Source: Christensenellales bacterium (GTDB lineage Bacteria; Bacillota; Clostridia; Christensenellales; CAG-138). Taken from it: a stretch of DNA of 64,000 bases. How positions within the stretch are numbered: the first letter of the stretch is position 1; every line of letters begins with the position of its first letter. Of the stretch, positions 37,996 through 47,041 are shown one piece after another. The position numbers were made by a program, and so were the translations under genes. Location: positions 1,240,285 to 1,304,284 of the forward strand of contig JAXGNN010000001.1 of the NCBI GenBank assembly GCA_040767925.1, given 5' to 3'. The notes beneath the pieces are model-generated. The model saw nothing but the letters and a program-made list of their open reading frames with translations. It made no database searches and was not told the DNA's origin.

Positions 37996-38522
37996 GATAT
38001 TACTTTACTGGTGAGGTTTTTATAGGCGAATATGGCAACGTGGTTACTCCATATTTAGCCGATTCATTATGGGAACGGTTGTATGTTTACCTAGTGGGGC
38101 TGTCCTATTTCAATCCAGTTAAATACGAAGGATTTATGCACTCACATCCATACTCTAGCAGTTCTGAAAGTTTTTCTAATCCGGACAGCGTTGTTGCATT
38201 TCTTTCGGGCGATATTTACCTTACAACACAAAGCGGTCGGATTAAAAAATTAACCGCAAAAGAGGCATGGGATAGCAAGTTCTCGAACCCGCCATCCAAA
38301 TCCTATAATGGCCTTTCCAGTATTGACACTACCTATGTGAGGAATATAAACGAAGGCTATATTCCAAATGACAATGATGTTATCGTAGCTCAAGTAAAAC
38401 AACGATACGATGAGGAACTTTCTTCTTTTCTGGAACTGCTTTTACAGGGTATGATTGAGGCTTCAGAAGATAGATATGAAAAACTTAGTGAAGAAGGTAA
38501 AAGATATGATTACAACAAATAA
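37602..38522 (+). pseudogene. Orphan toxin C-terminal cassette 1, DUF4329/JAB-like, with a +1 frameshift near 37703
   Basis: NKEACCNLY...EGFMHSHPY...FSNPD...IYLTTQSG. It reads ggcaaagg where copy 2 reads ggcaagg, which splits ORFs 37562 and 37698. No convincing RBS or start. Confidence 0.65.
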
Positions 38523-39234
38523 AGCACCAAAACACAGTAAGATCATTTTTTTATGTATCCTTCTCGCCTTGTTGTTCTCAGGTTGTATGATTGATGCCGA
38601 TGATAGGCTAACGTCAATGATGTTAATCAAGCCTCCCGATAAGATCATTTATTCCGTCGGACAGGATGATAAAATTGACGTTGGGGGCGCGGTTGTGCGA
38701 ACGCATCAGGATGTCATAAATCCTGAGGGCTTTTATCTTGAAAGAATCCTTTCTCATTTTGAGCAGAGCTATATACATACCAATACAGATTTTCAAAAAG
38801 CGGGCGTATATACGGTATTCGTCGCCCATAAGCGGTGGTTTTTCTTCTGGAAGGTTTATTTTCAATACACCATACAGGTCGTTTCTTTGGAAACCTATAG
38901 CCCTCAACCGGCAACGGAATTAGACTTTTATGCAAGAGATGCCGAATCAACCAAGTGTATAAATACCAGCGCCTATATGCTTGTTCCTCCACTCAACATC
39001 ATTTACCCTGTTGGTTATACAGGCGAAATCGACCTGTCGGGCATAGTAGTAAAACCGGCAAAAGGCTTATTCCCGAAGGAATATAACATCACAGATCTCG
39101 ACTACACGCTCGAGAGCGACGTGGACTTCAACACGCCGGGGAATTACATTGTGAAGGTGTTTTTCACGGACGACAGGGGGCGGGATTTATGGTTCTGCTT
39201 CACCGTGGCGGTCGCGGAGCCGGTGGAGAGGTAA
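38506..39234 (+). CDS. Lipoprotein with two bacterial Ig-like domains, candidate immunity protein 1
   Basis: Lipobox LLFSGC; KPPDKIIYSVG...TDFQKAGVYTVFV and PPLNIIYPVG...VDFNTPGNYIVKV repeats; overlaps the toxin stop. Confidence 0.7.
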   Translation: MITTNKAPKHSKIIFLCILLALLFSGCMIDADDRLTSMMLIKPPDKIIYSVGQDDKIDVGGAVVRTHQDVINPEGFYLERILSHFEQSYIHTNTDFQKAGVYTVFVAHKRWFFFWKVYFQYTIQVVSLETYSPQPATELDFYARDAESTKCINTSAYMLVPPLNIIYPVGYTGEIDLSGIVVKPAKGLFPKEYNITDLDYTLESDVDFNTPGNYIVKVFFTDDRGRDLWFCFTVAVAEPVER

Positions 39235-39236
39235 GC
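39082..39236 (+). repeat. About 155-bp direct repeat, copy 1 (3' flank of cassette)
   Basis: Near-identical to 40935-41089. Confidence 0.92.
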
Positions 39237-39284
39237 GTGGATGGATGTAGATACGGCAGCCTTGGGAAACCGGGGCTGCCGAAT

Positions 39285-39677
39285 CCCAACTCCATCAGGA
39301 AACGATCCTCCCGGCATTGATGCGCCCCATGGCGGGCGCATCAAACCGGCCGACCGTGCGCCCGGAGGCGCAGCCGTACTTTGGCAAGGAAACCGCAGCC
39401 CTCGAAAAGACGCCGATCCAGGCCGATTACGAGGCGCTCAAGCGCTTTTCCTACCGGGATATCAGCGACAGGCCCTCCGTCTACGAGGAACCCGGCACGG
39501 GAAGGACGAGGCCGCCGAAGGAAGGAGATACGTCGAAAGGCAGCGACGGCCGGCCTGATTTCTCTACCAATAAGGACGCTGTGATTGTATATGCCAGCAA
39601 CCTGCTCAACCTGACGACCGCGAGAGAAAACAAAGAGGCGTGCTGTAATCTGTACTCGGTGATGATCGACGGGAAAA
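39285..39677 (+). repeat. About 400-bp direct repeat, copy 2
   Basis: Matches 37602-37995. Confidence 0.92.
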
Positions 39678-40363
39678 GGCACTATTTCACTGGCGAAATC
39701 TTCGTAGGCGAGTTGGACAATGTGATCGTACCATATCTATCGGATGCTTTATGGGAATGGGAAAATACTTTTCTTAATGGACTTCTCGATTCCAAACGGA
39801 TTACCTATGAAGGGTTTATGCACTCGCATCCATATGATAATGTTTCCGATACGTACTCGGGAGGAATCGGAGATACCGCTGTTGCGATGCTTTCCGGTAA
39901 TATCTATCTCACAACACCTAAGGGGCATATCTACGACTTGGTACGGCCGGAAGAGATTATAAATGAATTGCTTAGAGCCAAGGGCGGGATTATGAGTTCT
40001 GCATTAACGCAAGCCCCGGCGAACGCCAAAGATGTCAAGGATTATCAGGACGCCCTGATCGCTTTAAAAGGATGGTTTAAGAATCCGCCGGAAGTGCCGT
40101 ATAACAACCTTCACAGCGTTGATACTACTGGTATTAGCATCTATAATCAAGTATATGATCGCAACATGCCTAAGGTTATCATAAATCTAGTCCAGCGTTA
40201 CTGGGAAAAAGAACATGGGCCCCTCGGCTTTGACTTATATGAAGCATATAAAAACCCAGGTTACCTTTTTGATGAACTCCGGCAGCAGCTCGGCCTTTTT
40301 GCAGAAGAAGCGGAACGGCAATACTACGAAAACGGAGGATCTCTAGATTATGGCAGCAAATAA
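39317..40363 (+). CDS. Orphan toxin C-terminal cassette 2, DUF4329/JAB-like
   Basis: Same conserved leader as cassette 1, then EGFMHSHPY...YSGGIGD...IYLTTPKG. The frame stays open upstream to a stop at 39248, with no clear RBS. Confidence 0.65.
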   Translation: MMRPMAGASNRPTVRPEAQPYFGKETAALEKTPIQADYEALKRFSYRDISDRPSVYEEPGTGRTRPPKEGDTSKGSDGRPDFSTNKDAVIVYASNLLNLTTARENKEACCNLYSVMIDGKRHYFTGEIFVGELDNVIVPYLSDALWEWENTFLNGLLDSKRITYEGFMHSHPYDNVSDTYSGGIGDTAVAMLSGNIYLTTPKGHIYDLVRPEEIINELLRAKGGIMSSALTQAPANAKDVKDYQDALIALKGWFKNPPEVPYNNLHSVDTTGISIYNQVYDRNMPKVIINLVQRYWEKEHGPLGFDLYEAYKNPGYLFDELRQQLGLFAEEAERQYYENGGSLDYGSK

Positions 40364-41087
40364 GCCTATAGTACGTTTCTTAGTTGTTTTAATAAGCGTT
40401 CTTCTAGCCTTGCTGCTCACAAGCTGCTCCGTACTTCCCGATTATCGTATGCAAGCCTTAATGTTGGTGAAACCTCCCGATAAACTGATTTATGTGATTA
40501 GACAGGATCAGAAACTGAACGCAAGCGGTGGGAGAATTATAGAGTACGCTGATTTTAATGGCGGTCGCCATGTGAAAATCAGCCTAGAATCATATGACTA
40601 TGATGCTTATGACGGGAAGTACTTTCACACAAACGCAAATCTCATTAGAGAGGGGACGTATATAGTCTCAATCGCCAAAAGGCATCTGTTTTTCTTCTGG
40701 AAGCGTTACTTCCAATTTACGATTCAGGTTGTTTCCCCAGGAAAATACAATGTCGATTCCTGTGTTCCCGAAGATGACTTCACATACGAGGAACTCGAGC
40801 CGACATATTGTGAAAACGCCACCGCCTACATGCTTACTCCTCCCTCAAACATTATTTATCCGGTAGGACATGAAGGTGCAATCGACCTTTCTGGTCTCGT
40901 AGTAAAGCCGGTAGAGGGAATGTTCGTGGAACCTTATAACATCACAGATCTCGACTACACGCTCGAAGGCGACGTGGACTTCAACACGCCCGGGAATTAC
41001 ATTGTGAAGGTGTTTTTCACGGACGACAGGGGGCGGGATTTATGGTTCTGCTTCACCGTGGCGGTAGCGGAGCCGGTGGAGGAGTAA
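40350..41087 (+). CDS. Lipoprotein with two bacterial Ig-like domains, candidate immunity protein 2
   Basis: Lipobox LLLTSC; paralog of 38506 with a divergent N-half and near-identical C-terminus; overlaps the toxin stop. Confidence 0.7.
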   Translation: MAANKPIVRFLVVLISVLLALLLTSCSVLPDYRMQALMLVKPPDKLIYVIRQDQKLNASGGRIIEYADFNGGRHVKISLESYDYDAYDGKYFHTNANLIREGTYIVSIAKRHLFFFWKRYFQFTIQVVSPGKYNVDSCVPEDDFTYEELEPTYCENATAYMLTPPSNIIYPVGHEGAIDLSGLVVKPVEGMFVEPYNITDLDYTLEGDVDFNTPGNYIVKVFFTDDRGRDLWFCFTVAVAEPVEE

Positions 41088-41089
41088 GT
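40935..41089 (+). repeat. About 155-bp direct repeat, copy 2
   Basis: Matches 39082-39236. Confidence 0.92.
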
Positions 41090-41143
41090 GCCTTATCCAT
41101 TCCTAAGGCAACCGCCCAAAATAGAATACGCGATCCGGTAAGG

Positions 41144-41167
41144 ACGGCTCCGCAGGGGGCCGTTTTT
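41144..41167 (+). terminator. Intrinsic terminator after the toxin/immunity array
   Basis: ACGGCTCC-gcag-GGGGCCGT followed by TTTT. Confidence 0.6.
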
Positions 41168-41243
41168 ATATGCCCGCATCCGCCGGCCCCGACACGGGCG
41201 GAAACGGCAAAAAAACGGGGAAACCCGAAACGAGGAGGATTCC

Positions 41244-41525
41244 ATGGATTATCTCAACGAGAACGAGATCGACAAGATCTCCGGGGACACGGGACGCGCG
41301 CTCGCCGCGCAGAGGAAGGTGAGCATCGTTATCGCACAATCGCCCGACGGCGCGCCGTGGGAGGGCTGCCTCAACGGCTACTTCTTCCGCATCCGGCGCG
41401 GGGTGCCCGTGGAGGTGCCGGAGGCCATCGCGGAATTGATCGGCGAGAACGCGCGCGTCACGGAGCTTGCCAAAGCCGCGATCCGCGAATACAGGGCCGG
41501 GCGCGGCAAAAAGCTCTCGGCGTAA
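41244..41525 (+). CDS. Phage-type hypothetical protein
   Basis: GAGGAGG RBS; LNGYFFRIRRGVPVEVPEAIAELI motif recalls small genes found after N4-gp56-type capsids. Confidence 0.65.
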   Translation: MDYLNENEIDKISGDTGRALAAQRKVSIVIAQSPDGAPWEGCLNGYFFRIRRGVPVEVPEAIAELIGENARVTELAKAAIREYRAGRGKKLSA

Positions 41526-41537
41526 GGAGGGATTGGA

Positions 41538-42083
41538 ATGACGCTCAACGACATCATCGTCTCCGCCCTCGCGCAGCTCGACCGCGGACACGACGCGCAG
41601 ACGCTCGACGTGTGGCGCGACAAGCTCACGCGCTTCGCCAACGACGCTTTGATCGACCTCGCATCCGCGGCGCAGCCGCGAAGAACCGAAACCGCAACGA
41701 TCGCGGGCGGGCGGCTCGACATCGGTGCGCTCGATCGGCCTTGCCTCAAGGTGCTTTTTGTCAGAAAAGACGGAAAAGCCCTCCCCTTCCGCCGCGGGGA
41801 GAACCCGGGCGAGCTCTTTGTCGAAAACGCGGCGGACGGCGAAATTAAAATCACCTACGCCTTCGCGCCGAGGGAGCTTTCCGCCGCGACCGACGTTCCG
41901 GAACTGCCCCTCCCCTGCCACGCGCTGATCGTGACCTACGTCGTGGGGCGCGAGCGCGCCTCGGGCGACGTCTCCGTGCAGCGCGGCGGCAACGTCTACT
42001 TCCAGATGTACGAGGCCGGAAAGCACATGCTTCGCCCCGGCCTCGGCAGCCCCGACGAATACAAAATCGTCAACAGGTGGTGA
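41538..42083 (+). CDS. Putative head-tail adaptor protein
   Basis: MTLNDII start, ITY..P.EL...TD.PELP..CH.LIV.Y pattern of podoviral adaptors; gene position. Confidence 0.6.
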   Translation: MTLNDIIVSALAQLDRGHDAQTLDVWRDKLTRFANDALIDLASAAQPRRTETATIAGGRLDIGALDRPCLKVLFVRKDGKALPFRRGENPGELFVENAADGEIKITYAFAPRELSAATDVPELPLPCHALIVTYVVGRERASGDVSVQRGGNVYFQMYEAGKHMLRPGLGSPDEYKIVNRW

Positions 42084-42088
42084 GGGCG

Positions 42089-43513
42089 ATGTCGGTGAAG
42101 ATTTTCAGGATCGACGAGTTCTACGGCATCGACCAGTCCCGCGACGAGAACGCGATCCCCTTCTCCATGCGCCCCGACGCCTGCAACATGGACACGGAAA
42201 ACGGCGCGCTCGCCGTCGCGAAAGGCTATGCGCGTCACATCCCCGCGCCCGTCCCCGGGGAGGGAGAAATCCACGCGCTGTGCGTCTACGCGAGAAGCGC
42301 GGGCGACATGTTCGTATGCGCCGCGGGCGAGAGCCTCTGCGCGTGGGACGGCGAAAGCTGGCGGGAGGTCTATACCTACGAAGGCGGCCTCGCCCTGCAC
42401 CGCTTCGACTTCGAGCAGGCGCAGATCGGCGGCACGGACTACCTCGTCGTCGGTTGCGGGGAGAGGCGGCTCGTCAAGTTCGACGGGACCTCGGCGACGC
42501 TTTTCGGCAGCAGCGAGGAGGCGAGCGACATCCACGCGCTGTACCTTTCGATGTACCGGGGAAGGCTCTTCGCGGCGGGCGACCCCGATAACCCCAACCG
42601 GCTCTATTGGAGCCAGCTTCCCGGCAGCGGAAGGAGCATCGAATCCTGGGGGCCGGTCGAGGCTTCCCCCAACGTGGAGGGCGGGCACGCGGAAGTGGGC
42701 AGCATCGCGAGCGATCCCATATTGGGCCTCGCCGCGCTCTCCAACCAGCTCGTCATCTTCAAGAAGCACAGCATCTACCGGCTCCTCGGCGACAGGCCCG
42801 GCAACTTCACCATCGAGGAGGTCGATTCCCGCGCCGAGCGCACGGCGAACACGGCCGTGGTCAAATGCGGGGACGCGCTCTATTTCATGACGGCGGGCGG
42901 CATGTGTTGCTTCAACGGCGTGACAGCCGAACCCATGCGGGACGCGCGGCGCATCCGGAACATCCTCGCGGCGGCGGACGTTTCCCGCTCGATGGGCGCG
43001 CTGTGCCGCGACAGGCTATATTTTTCGCTTGAGGACGCGCAGGGCGGCGCGCTCGTGGAATACGACCTCGTGCGCGGGACCTACATGCTGCGGCGCGGCT
43101 TTCACGTACGGGGCCTCGCCGCGCGGGATGGGAAACTCTACCTCGTCGACGCCGCGCGGCACGTCTGCCGCTTCAACGAGGGGGGCACCTACGACGGCGC
43201 GCCGATTTCCGCCTGGTGGCGTACGCCGGAAAGCGACCTTCGCGAGAAAAGCGCCGTCAAGGGAATGCGCGCGCTGTACCTGCGCGGCAATTCCGACGCG
43301 CGCGCGTCCGCGACGCTCGTGGACGTCAAAACGGGCAACATCACGGAAACGCACAGGCTGCTTCTGCCCGAGGGCGGGAGCGCGGTGCTCGAGGTGCCCC
43401 TGAAGAACGAGGGGCGCACGTTCAGCCTTCGCTTCTACAACGAAGCGGGCGGGCATTTTTCCATCAACTCGGGCGCCGAAATCGAATTCGAACAGAAAAG
43501 GAGGACCATCTGA
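42089..43513 (+). CDS. Putative short-tail nozzle/stabilisation protein (beta-propeller-like)
   Basis: F.GID start, C.NMD...GAL, YRGRLF.AG...NRLYWS, LVIFK..SIY motifs, as in P22 gp10/T7 gp12-like proteins. Confidence 0.6.
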   Translation: MSVKIFRIDEFYGIDQSRDENAIPFSMRPDACNMDTENGALAVAKGYARHIPAPVPGEGEIHALCVYARSAGDMFVCAAGESLCAWDGESWREVYTYEGGLALHRFDFEQAQIGGTDYLVVGCGERRLVKFDGTSATLFGSSEEASDIHALYLSMYRGRLFAAGDPDNPNRLYWSQLPGSGRSIESWGPVEASPNVEGGHAEVGSIASDPILGLAALSNQLVIFKKHSIYRLLGDRPGNFTIEEVDSRAERTANTAVVKCGDALYFMTAGGMCCFNGVTAEPMRDARRIRNILAAADVSRSMGALCRDRLYFSLEDAQGGALVEYDLVRGTYMLRRGFHVRGLAARDGKLYLVDAARHVCRFNEGGTYDGAPISAWWRTPESDLREKSAVKGMRALYLRGNSDARASATLVDVKTGNITETHRLLLPEGGSAVLEVPLKNEGRTFSLRFYNEAGGHFSINSGAEIEFEQKRRTI

Positions 43514-43707
43514 TGGCGCTTGACATGCGCGCGCTCTATTACATCGCGCTCGCCGCGCTCGCCGCGGATGCGAACGGCGGGCAGGAATACGAGAAAAACC
43601 GGGCGATCGAAAACTGCCTCAATCAGAACTTCACGATCATGGCGCAGAAGATCGCCGAGCTGGAGGCGCGCCTCAGTTCGGTTGAAAACGCGCTGGGCTC
43701 CCTGTGA
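43513..43707 (+). CDS. Small coiled-coil virion-associated protein
   Basis: TGATG coupling to the upstream gene, GGAGG RBS; LNQNF...KIAELEARL. Confidence 0.55.
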   Translation: MALDMRALYYIALAALAADANGGQEYEKNRAIENCLNQNFTIMAQKIAELEARLSSVENALGSL

Positions 43708-43722
43708 GCGAAAGGAGGAACT

Positions 43723-44619
43723 ATGGCAAGCTATTCTCTCAAAGGTTACGCGACGCCTTCGGGCGTCGACAGCCGCGAGAAGGTCAAGGACTACCAAAGG
43801 ATGCTCGGCGTCACGGCGGACGGCATCTGGGGCCCCGTCACGCAGGCGGCGTACGAGAGGTATAACGCGGGCATATACGGCATGTCCAGCCCGTTCGGCG
43901 CCGCGGGAGACGCGTTCCCGAAATATTACGAGGCCATCCGCGGGATGATCGCCGCGCCGGGCGTTTCGGTGAGCGTCCCCTCCCGCGAGGAGATCGCGCG
44001 GGATTACGCGGAGGCCCTGCGCCCCGGCGTGGACCTCGCGATCCAAACCCGGCGAAGGCGCGGCGAGGAGGCGATGGCCGAGATCGACGCGGACGCGGCC
44101 TCCCGCGGGATGGCGGCCTCCACCTACGTGAGCTCCATGAAGGAGCGCGAGGGGGACGACGTCGAGGGGGACGTGTCCATGATGGAGGCGCAGTATACGG
44201 CGACGCTCGCGGAGCGCATCGCCGCCGCGCTCGAGCATTATTCTTCGCTCGAGTTCGAGGCGGCGCGCACGAACGCGCAGATGGCGCAGAGCGCAGGCAG
44301 CGCCGCGGCGGGCATCGCCATGCAGTGGTACCAGAGCTATCTTAACGGCATGGGCGTCGCGGGCGTCGCGCCCTCGGGCACCTGGGAAGAACCGCGGCTC
44401 TCCCCCGAGGATTATCTCGAATATGTGGCGCTGCTCGGCGCCGCGGGCAGGCGGGAACTGTTCTATTCCCCGTCGGAGGAGTGGGCGAAAAGGCGGGAGG
44501 AGCTCATCGAGGCGCTCGGGCGAGAGCGCTACGAGGCGCTCAAACGCCAGTACGCATACGCGACCGGTTCGGGCGCGACGAGCGCGGGAGGTAGGCTATG
44601 GCAGAACAGCACGAAGTGA
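43723..44619 (+). CDS. Putative internal/ejection virion protein with an N-terminal PG-binding-like DGIWG repeat
   Basis: AAGGAGG RBS; YQRMLGVTADGIWGPVTQAAY; helical body with AASRGM..S motif; sits after the nozzle gene. Confidence 0.55.
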   Translation: MASYSLKGYATPSGVDSREKVKDYQRMLGVTADGIWGPVTQAAYERYNAGIYGMSSPFGAAGDAFPKYYEAIRGMIAAPGVSVSVPSREEIARDYAEALRPGVDLAIQTRRRRGEEAMAEIDADAASRGMAASTYVSSMKEREGDDVEGDVSMMEAQYTATLAERIAAALEHYSSLEFEAARTNAQMAQSAGSAAAGIAMQWYQSYLNGMGVAGVAPSGTWEEPRLSPEDYLEYVALLGAAGRRELFYSPSEEWAKRREELIEALGRERYEALKRQYAYATGSGATSAGGRLWQNSTK

Positions 44620-45725
44620 AGAAGCGCTTTGAAATCGCGCTCGACATCAGCCGCCCCATCTCCAACCGCGCGTTCACGCTCGTCGAGGGGGATACGGGGA
44701 ACGAGCTGATCATCTCCCTCGCCGACGACGGCGAGCCCGTGGACCTCGCGGGCTGCCGCGTGATGGCGCTCTTCTCCAAATCGGACGGGACGACCGTTTC
44801 GCAGGACAGCGGCACCGAACAGAACGGCATAACGCTCGGCGGGGACGCGGGCAACGTGATTTCGATCGATCTTTTCGCCTCCTCTTTCGCGCCCGGCATG
44901 GTGGAGTGCGAGATACAGATCTACTCGGGCGCGGCGCTCGCGACCCTCGTCACAAGCGCGAAGTTCAACTTCCGCTGCCGCAGGAGCATACTCAACGCGG
45001 ACACCATCGCGGCCGTGCCCGAATACCCGCTGTTGACCTCGCTGCTCGCGGACACGATAGCGCTCTCGGCCCAAACCGCCCTGGCGCTGAACGAGGCGCA
45101 GGCGGCCATCGATGCCGCCGGGACGGGCGAGGCCGCGCGGAACGCCGCGGAAGCCGCCCGCGCCGGCGCCGAAGACGCGAGAGGCGCGGCGGAAACGGCG
45201 CGCATCGGCGCGGAAACGGCGCGCGCGGGGGCGGAAATCGCACGCGCGTCGGCCGAGCTTGCGCGCGCGCAAGGCTATCTCGCGCTCGAGAACCGGCTCG
45301 ACGCAGCCATCGGCGACGCGGACGGGCTCGTGGCGGAGCTGGAAGCGGCCGTGGAGACCCTCCCCGAGATCGCGGAAATCTCCGGCATACTCATGGGGGA
45401 CGGCGCGGGCAACGTGCGCGCCGCCGCGGCGAACGCGGATTACTACGAGCCGCCGCTTCGCGCGCATGATCTCAGCGTCGCGACCGGCGCGTGGGCCGAC
45501 GACGCGACCTACGCGGCCTACCCCAAGCGCGCCGCGGTTTTTGTCGCGGGGGCCGCGGCGGACATGGTGCCGGAGGTGACGTTCGCGCTCGCGGACGCCG
45601 TGTCCGGTCTTTTGGCGCCGGTCGCCGAAACGTACGCGGGCGGCGTATATCTCTACGCCGCGGAAACCCCGGCGGCGGTCGTGACGATCAGGACCCTGAC
45701 CTTCTGGAAGGCGGTGGGCGCATGA
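44598..45725 (+). CDS. BppU-like baseplate/fibre protein with coiled-coil repeats
   Basis: EGDTGNEL.I.L.DDGEPVDL.G......FSKSDGT N-domain; AETAR heptads. Confidence 0.7.
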   Translation: MAEQHEVKKRFEIALDISRPISNRAFTLVEGDTGNELIISLADDGEPVDLAGCRVMALFSKSDGTTVSQDSGTEQNGITLGGDAGNVISIDLFASSFAPGMVECEIQIYSGAALATLVTSAKFNFRCRRSILNADTIAAVPEYPLLTSLLADTIALSAQTALALNEAQAAIDAAGTGEAARNAAEAARAGAEDARGAAETARIGAETARAGAEIARASAELARAQGYLALENRLDAAIGDADGLVAELEAAVETLPEIAEISGILMGDGAGNVRAAAANADYYEPPLRAHDLSVATGAWADDATYAAYPKRAAVFVAGAAADMVPEVTFALADAVSGLLAPVAETYAGGVYLYAAETPAAVVTIRTLTFWKAVGA

Positions 45726-46558
45726 TCGGCAGGACGAACGCGACTTCGGGCGGCTCCTCCCTGGTAAAGGGGGGAGCCGTCCTCGCCTCCCACAGCGCGG
45801 GCGCTCCCGGCATGACCGACCGCGGCGTCGTGACGCTCGGCGACGGGAAGCAGTACCGCCTGCTGGAAATCAAGCAGAGCGGGACGCTGAGCTTCAACGC
45901 CGCGCAGCTTAAAAAAGGCATCCGCGCGGATGTCTGCGTCGTAAGCGGCGGGCAGGGCGGCGGACGCGGCGGAGCGAATCACGGCGGCTACGGCGGAAGG
46001 ATGCTCAATCTGTACGGGCTGCTTCTGGACGATTTGAGCGTGGTGATCGGAGCCGGGGGCGCGGGCGCCGCTTCCAGCAATTATGGATCGCTGGGAGGTC
46101 AGTCCACGCTCAGGCGCGCTTCCGACGCGGGCGCCATGGGGCCGATCCCCGGCGTCGGCACAGGCGGCGGCCGGGGAGGCTACTCTTCATCGCAGGGCGC
46201 GTATCAATTTGGCGACGCAATCGGCAAAAAGCCTTTCGACGACGCGTCCTATTTCAGCCCGCATTGCGGCGGCGGAGGCGGCGGCGCGTACAGCCCCGGA
46301 GGCGGCGGCAACTACACGGGCGGCGCGGGCGGGACGAACGGCGGAGACGGCGCGCATCGCATCTCCGTGGGTTCCCCGCAGGGGCAGCCTGGGCCGGCGG
46401 GCGACGCAAGCGCCGGCGCGGGCGGGGCCTACAACGCCGCCGGAGCGGCCGCCTCTTACTATGGCGGCGGCGGAGGCGGCGGCGGATCGAACGGCACCAC
46501 GGACCGGAACGGCGGCAACGGCTATCAGGGCGTCGTCTGGGTCCGGATTCCGGCGTAA
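45722..46558 (+). CDS. Glycine-rich tail-fibre/receptor-binding protein
   Basis: MIGRTNA start coupled to the upstream stop; DVCVVSGGQGGG, VVIGAGGAG, GGGGGG, GYQGVVWVR Gly-rich domain. Confidence 0.7.
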   Translation: MIGRTNATSGGSSLVKGGAVLASHSAGAPGMTDRGVVTLGDGKQYRLLEIKQSGTLSFNAAQLKKGIRADVCVVSGGQGGGRGGANHGGYGGRMLNLYGLLLDDLSVVIGAGGAGAASSNYGSLGGQSTLRRASDAGAMGPIPGVGTGGGRGGYSSSQGAYQFGDAIGKKPFDDASYFSPHCGGGGGGAYSPGGGGNYTGGAGGTNGGDGAHRISVGSPQGQPGPAGDASAGAGGAYNAAGAAASYYGGGGGGGGSNGTTDRNGGNGYQGVVWVRIPA

Positions 46559-46567
46559 GGAGGGAAT

Positions 46568-46801
46568 ATGAAAGCGGCGGTTATCAAAGAAAGTGCGGTC
46601 ACGAACATCATCGTCGCAAAGGAGGAGGTGTACGCCGAGTTGGAAACGGCGCTCGGCGCGCGCCTCGTTTGCGTGGACGGGACGGAGTGCGGCATCGGCT
46701 GGACGACGGAGGACGGCGGGGCGAGCTTCACCGCCCCCGCGTCGGAGCCGGAGGCCGATTATGAACAGATCATCGACATATTGACCGGGGAGGTGGAGTA
46801 G
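46568..46801 (+). CDS. Small tail-fibre-associated phage protein
   Basis: AAGGAGG RBS; A.I....VTNIIV...GIGW.....F..P pattern. Confidence 0.6.
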   Translation: MKAAVIKESAVTNIIVAKEEVYAELETALGARLVCVDGTECGIGWTTEDGGASFTAPASEPEADYEQIIDILTGEVE

Positions 46802-47041
46802 ATGCCCATCCGCACGACCGACGCGGCGCGCGCGTGGCGCGCGGAGCAGCAGCGGGCGTTCGCGGCGCTTCGCGCGCTGCTCGCGCTGCCCGCCTGGGCG
46901 GAGCTCGATTCGGGCGCCGCGATCCCCCTCGGCATGAAGGCGCGCTTTCGCCTGAAAACCTACGAATGCGTGAGCGCGCACGCGAAGGCGCTCGCGAGGT
47001 CCCCGCTCAACGCGGAATTCTGGAAGGAGGTTGCCGAATGA
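46802..47041 (+). CDS. Small phage protein (chitin-binding-like C-terminus)
   Basis: GGAGGTGG RBS; YECVSAH......P.....W motif. Confidence 0.5.
   Translation: MPIRTTDAARAWRAEQQRAFAALRALLALPAWAELDSGAAIPLGMKARFRLKTYECVSAHAKALARSPLNAEFWKEVAE

Noticed and set aside
37602-39677. Diversity-generating retroelement TR/VR pair
   Set aside because: Differences between the repeats are not adenine-specific, the repeats lie at the 5' part of the ORFs, and no reverse transcriptase is in the window.
41244-47041. Contractile tailocin or eCIS
   Set aside because: No sheath, tube, tape measure or baseplate J/wedge genes, while capsid, portal and terminase are present.
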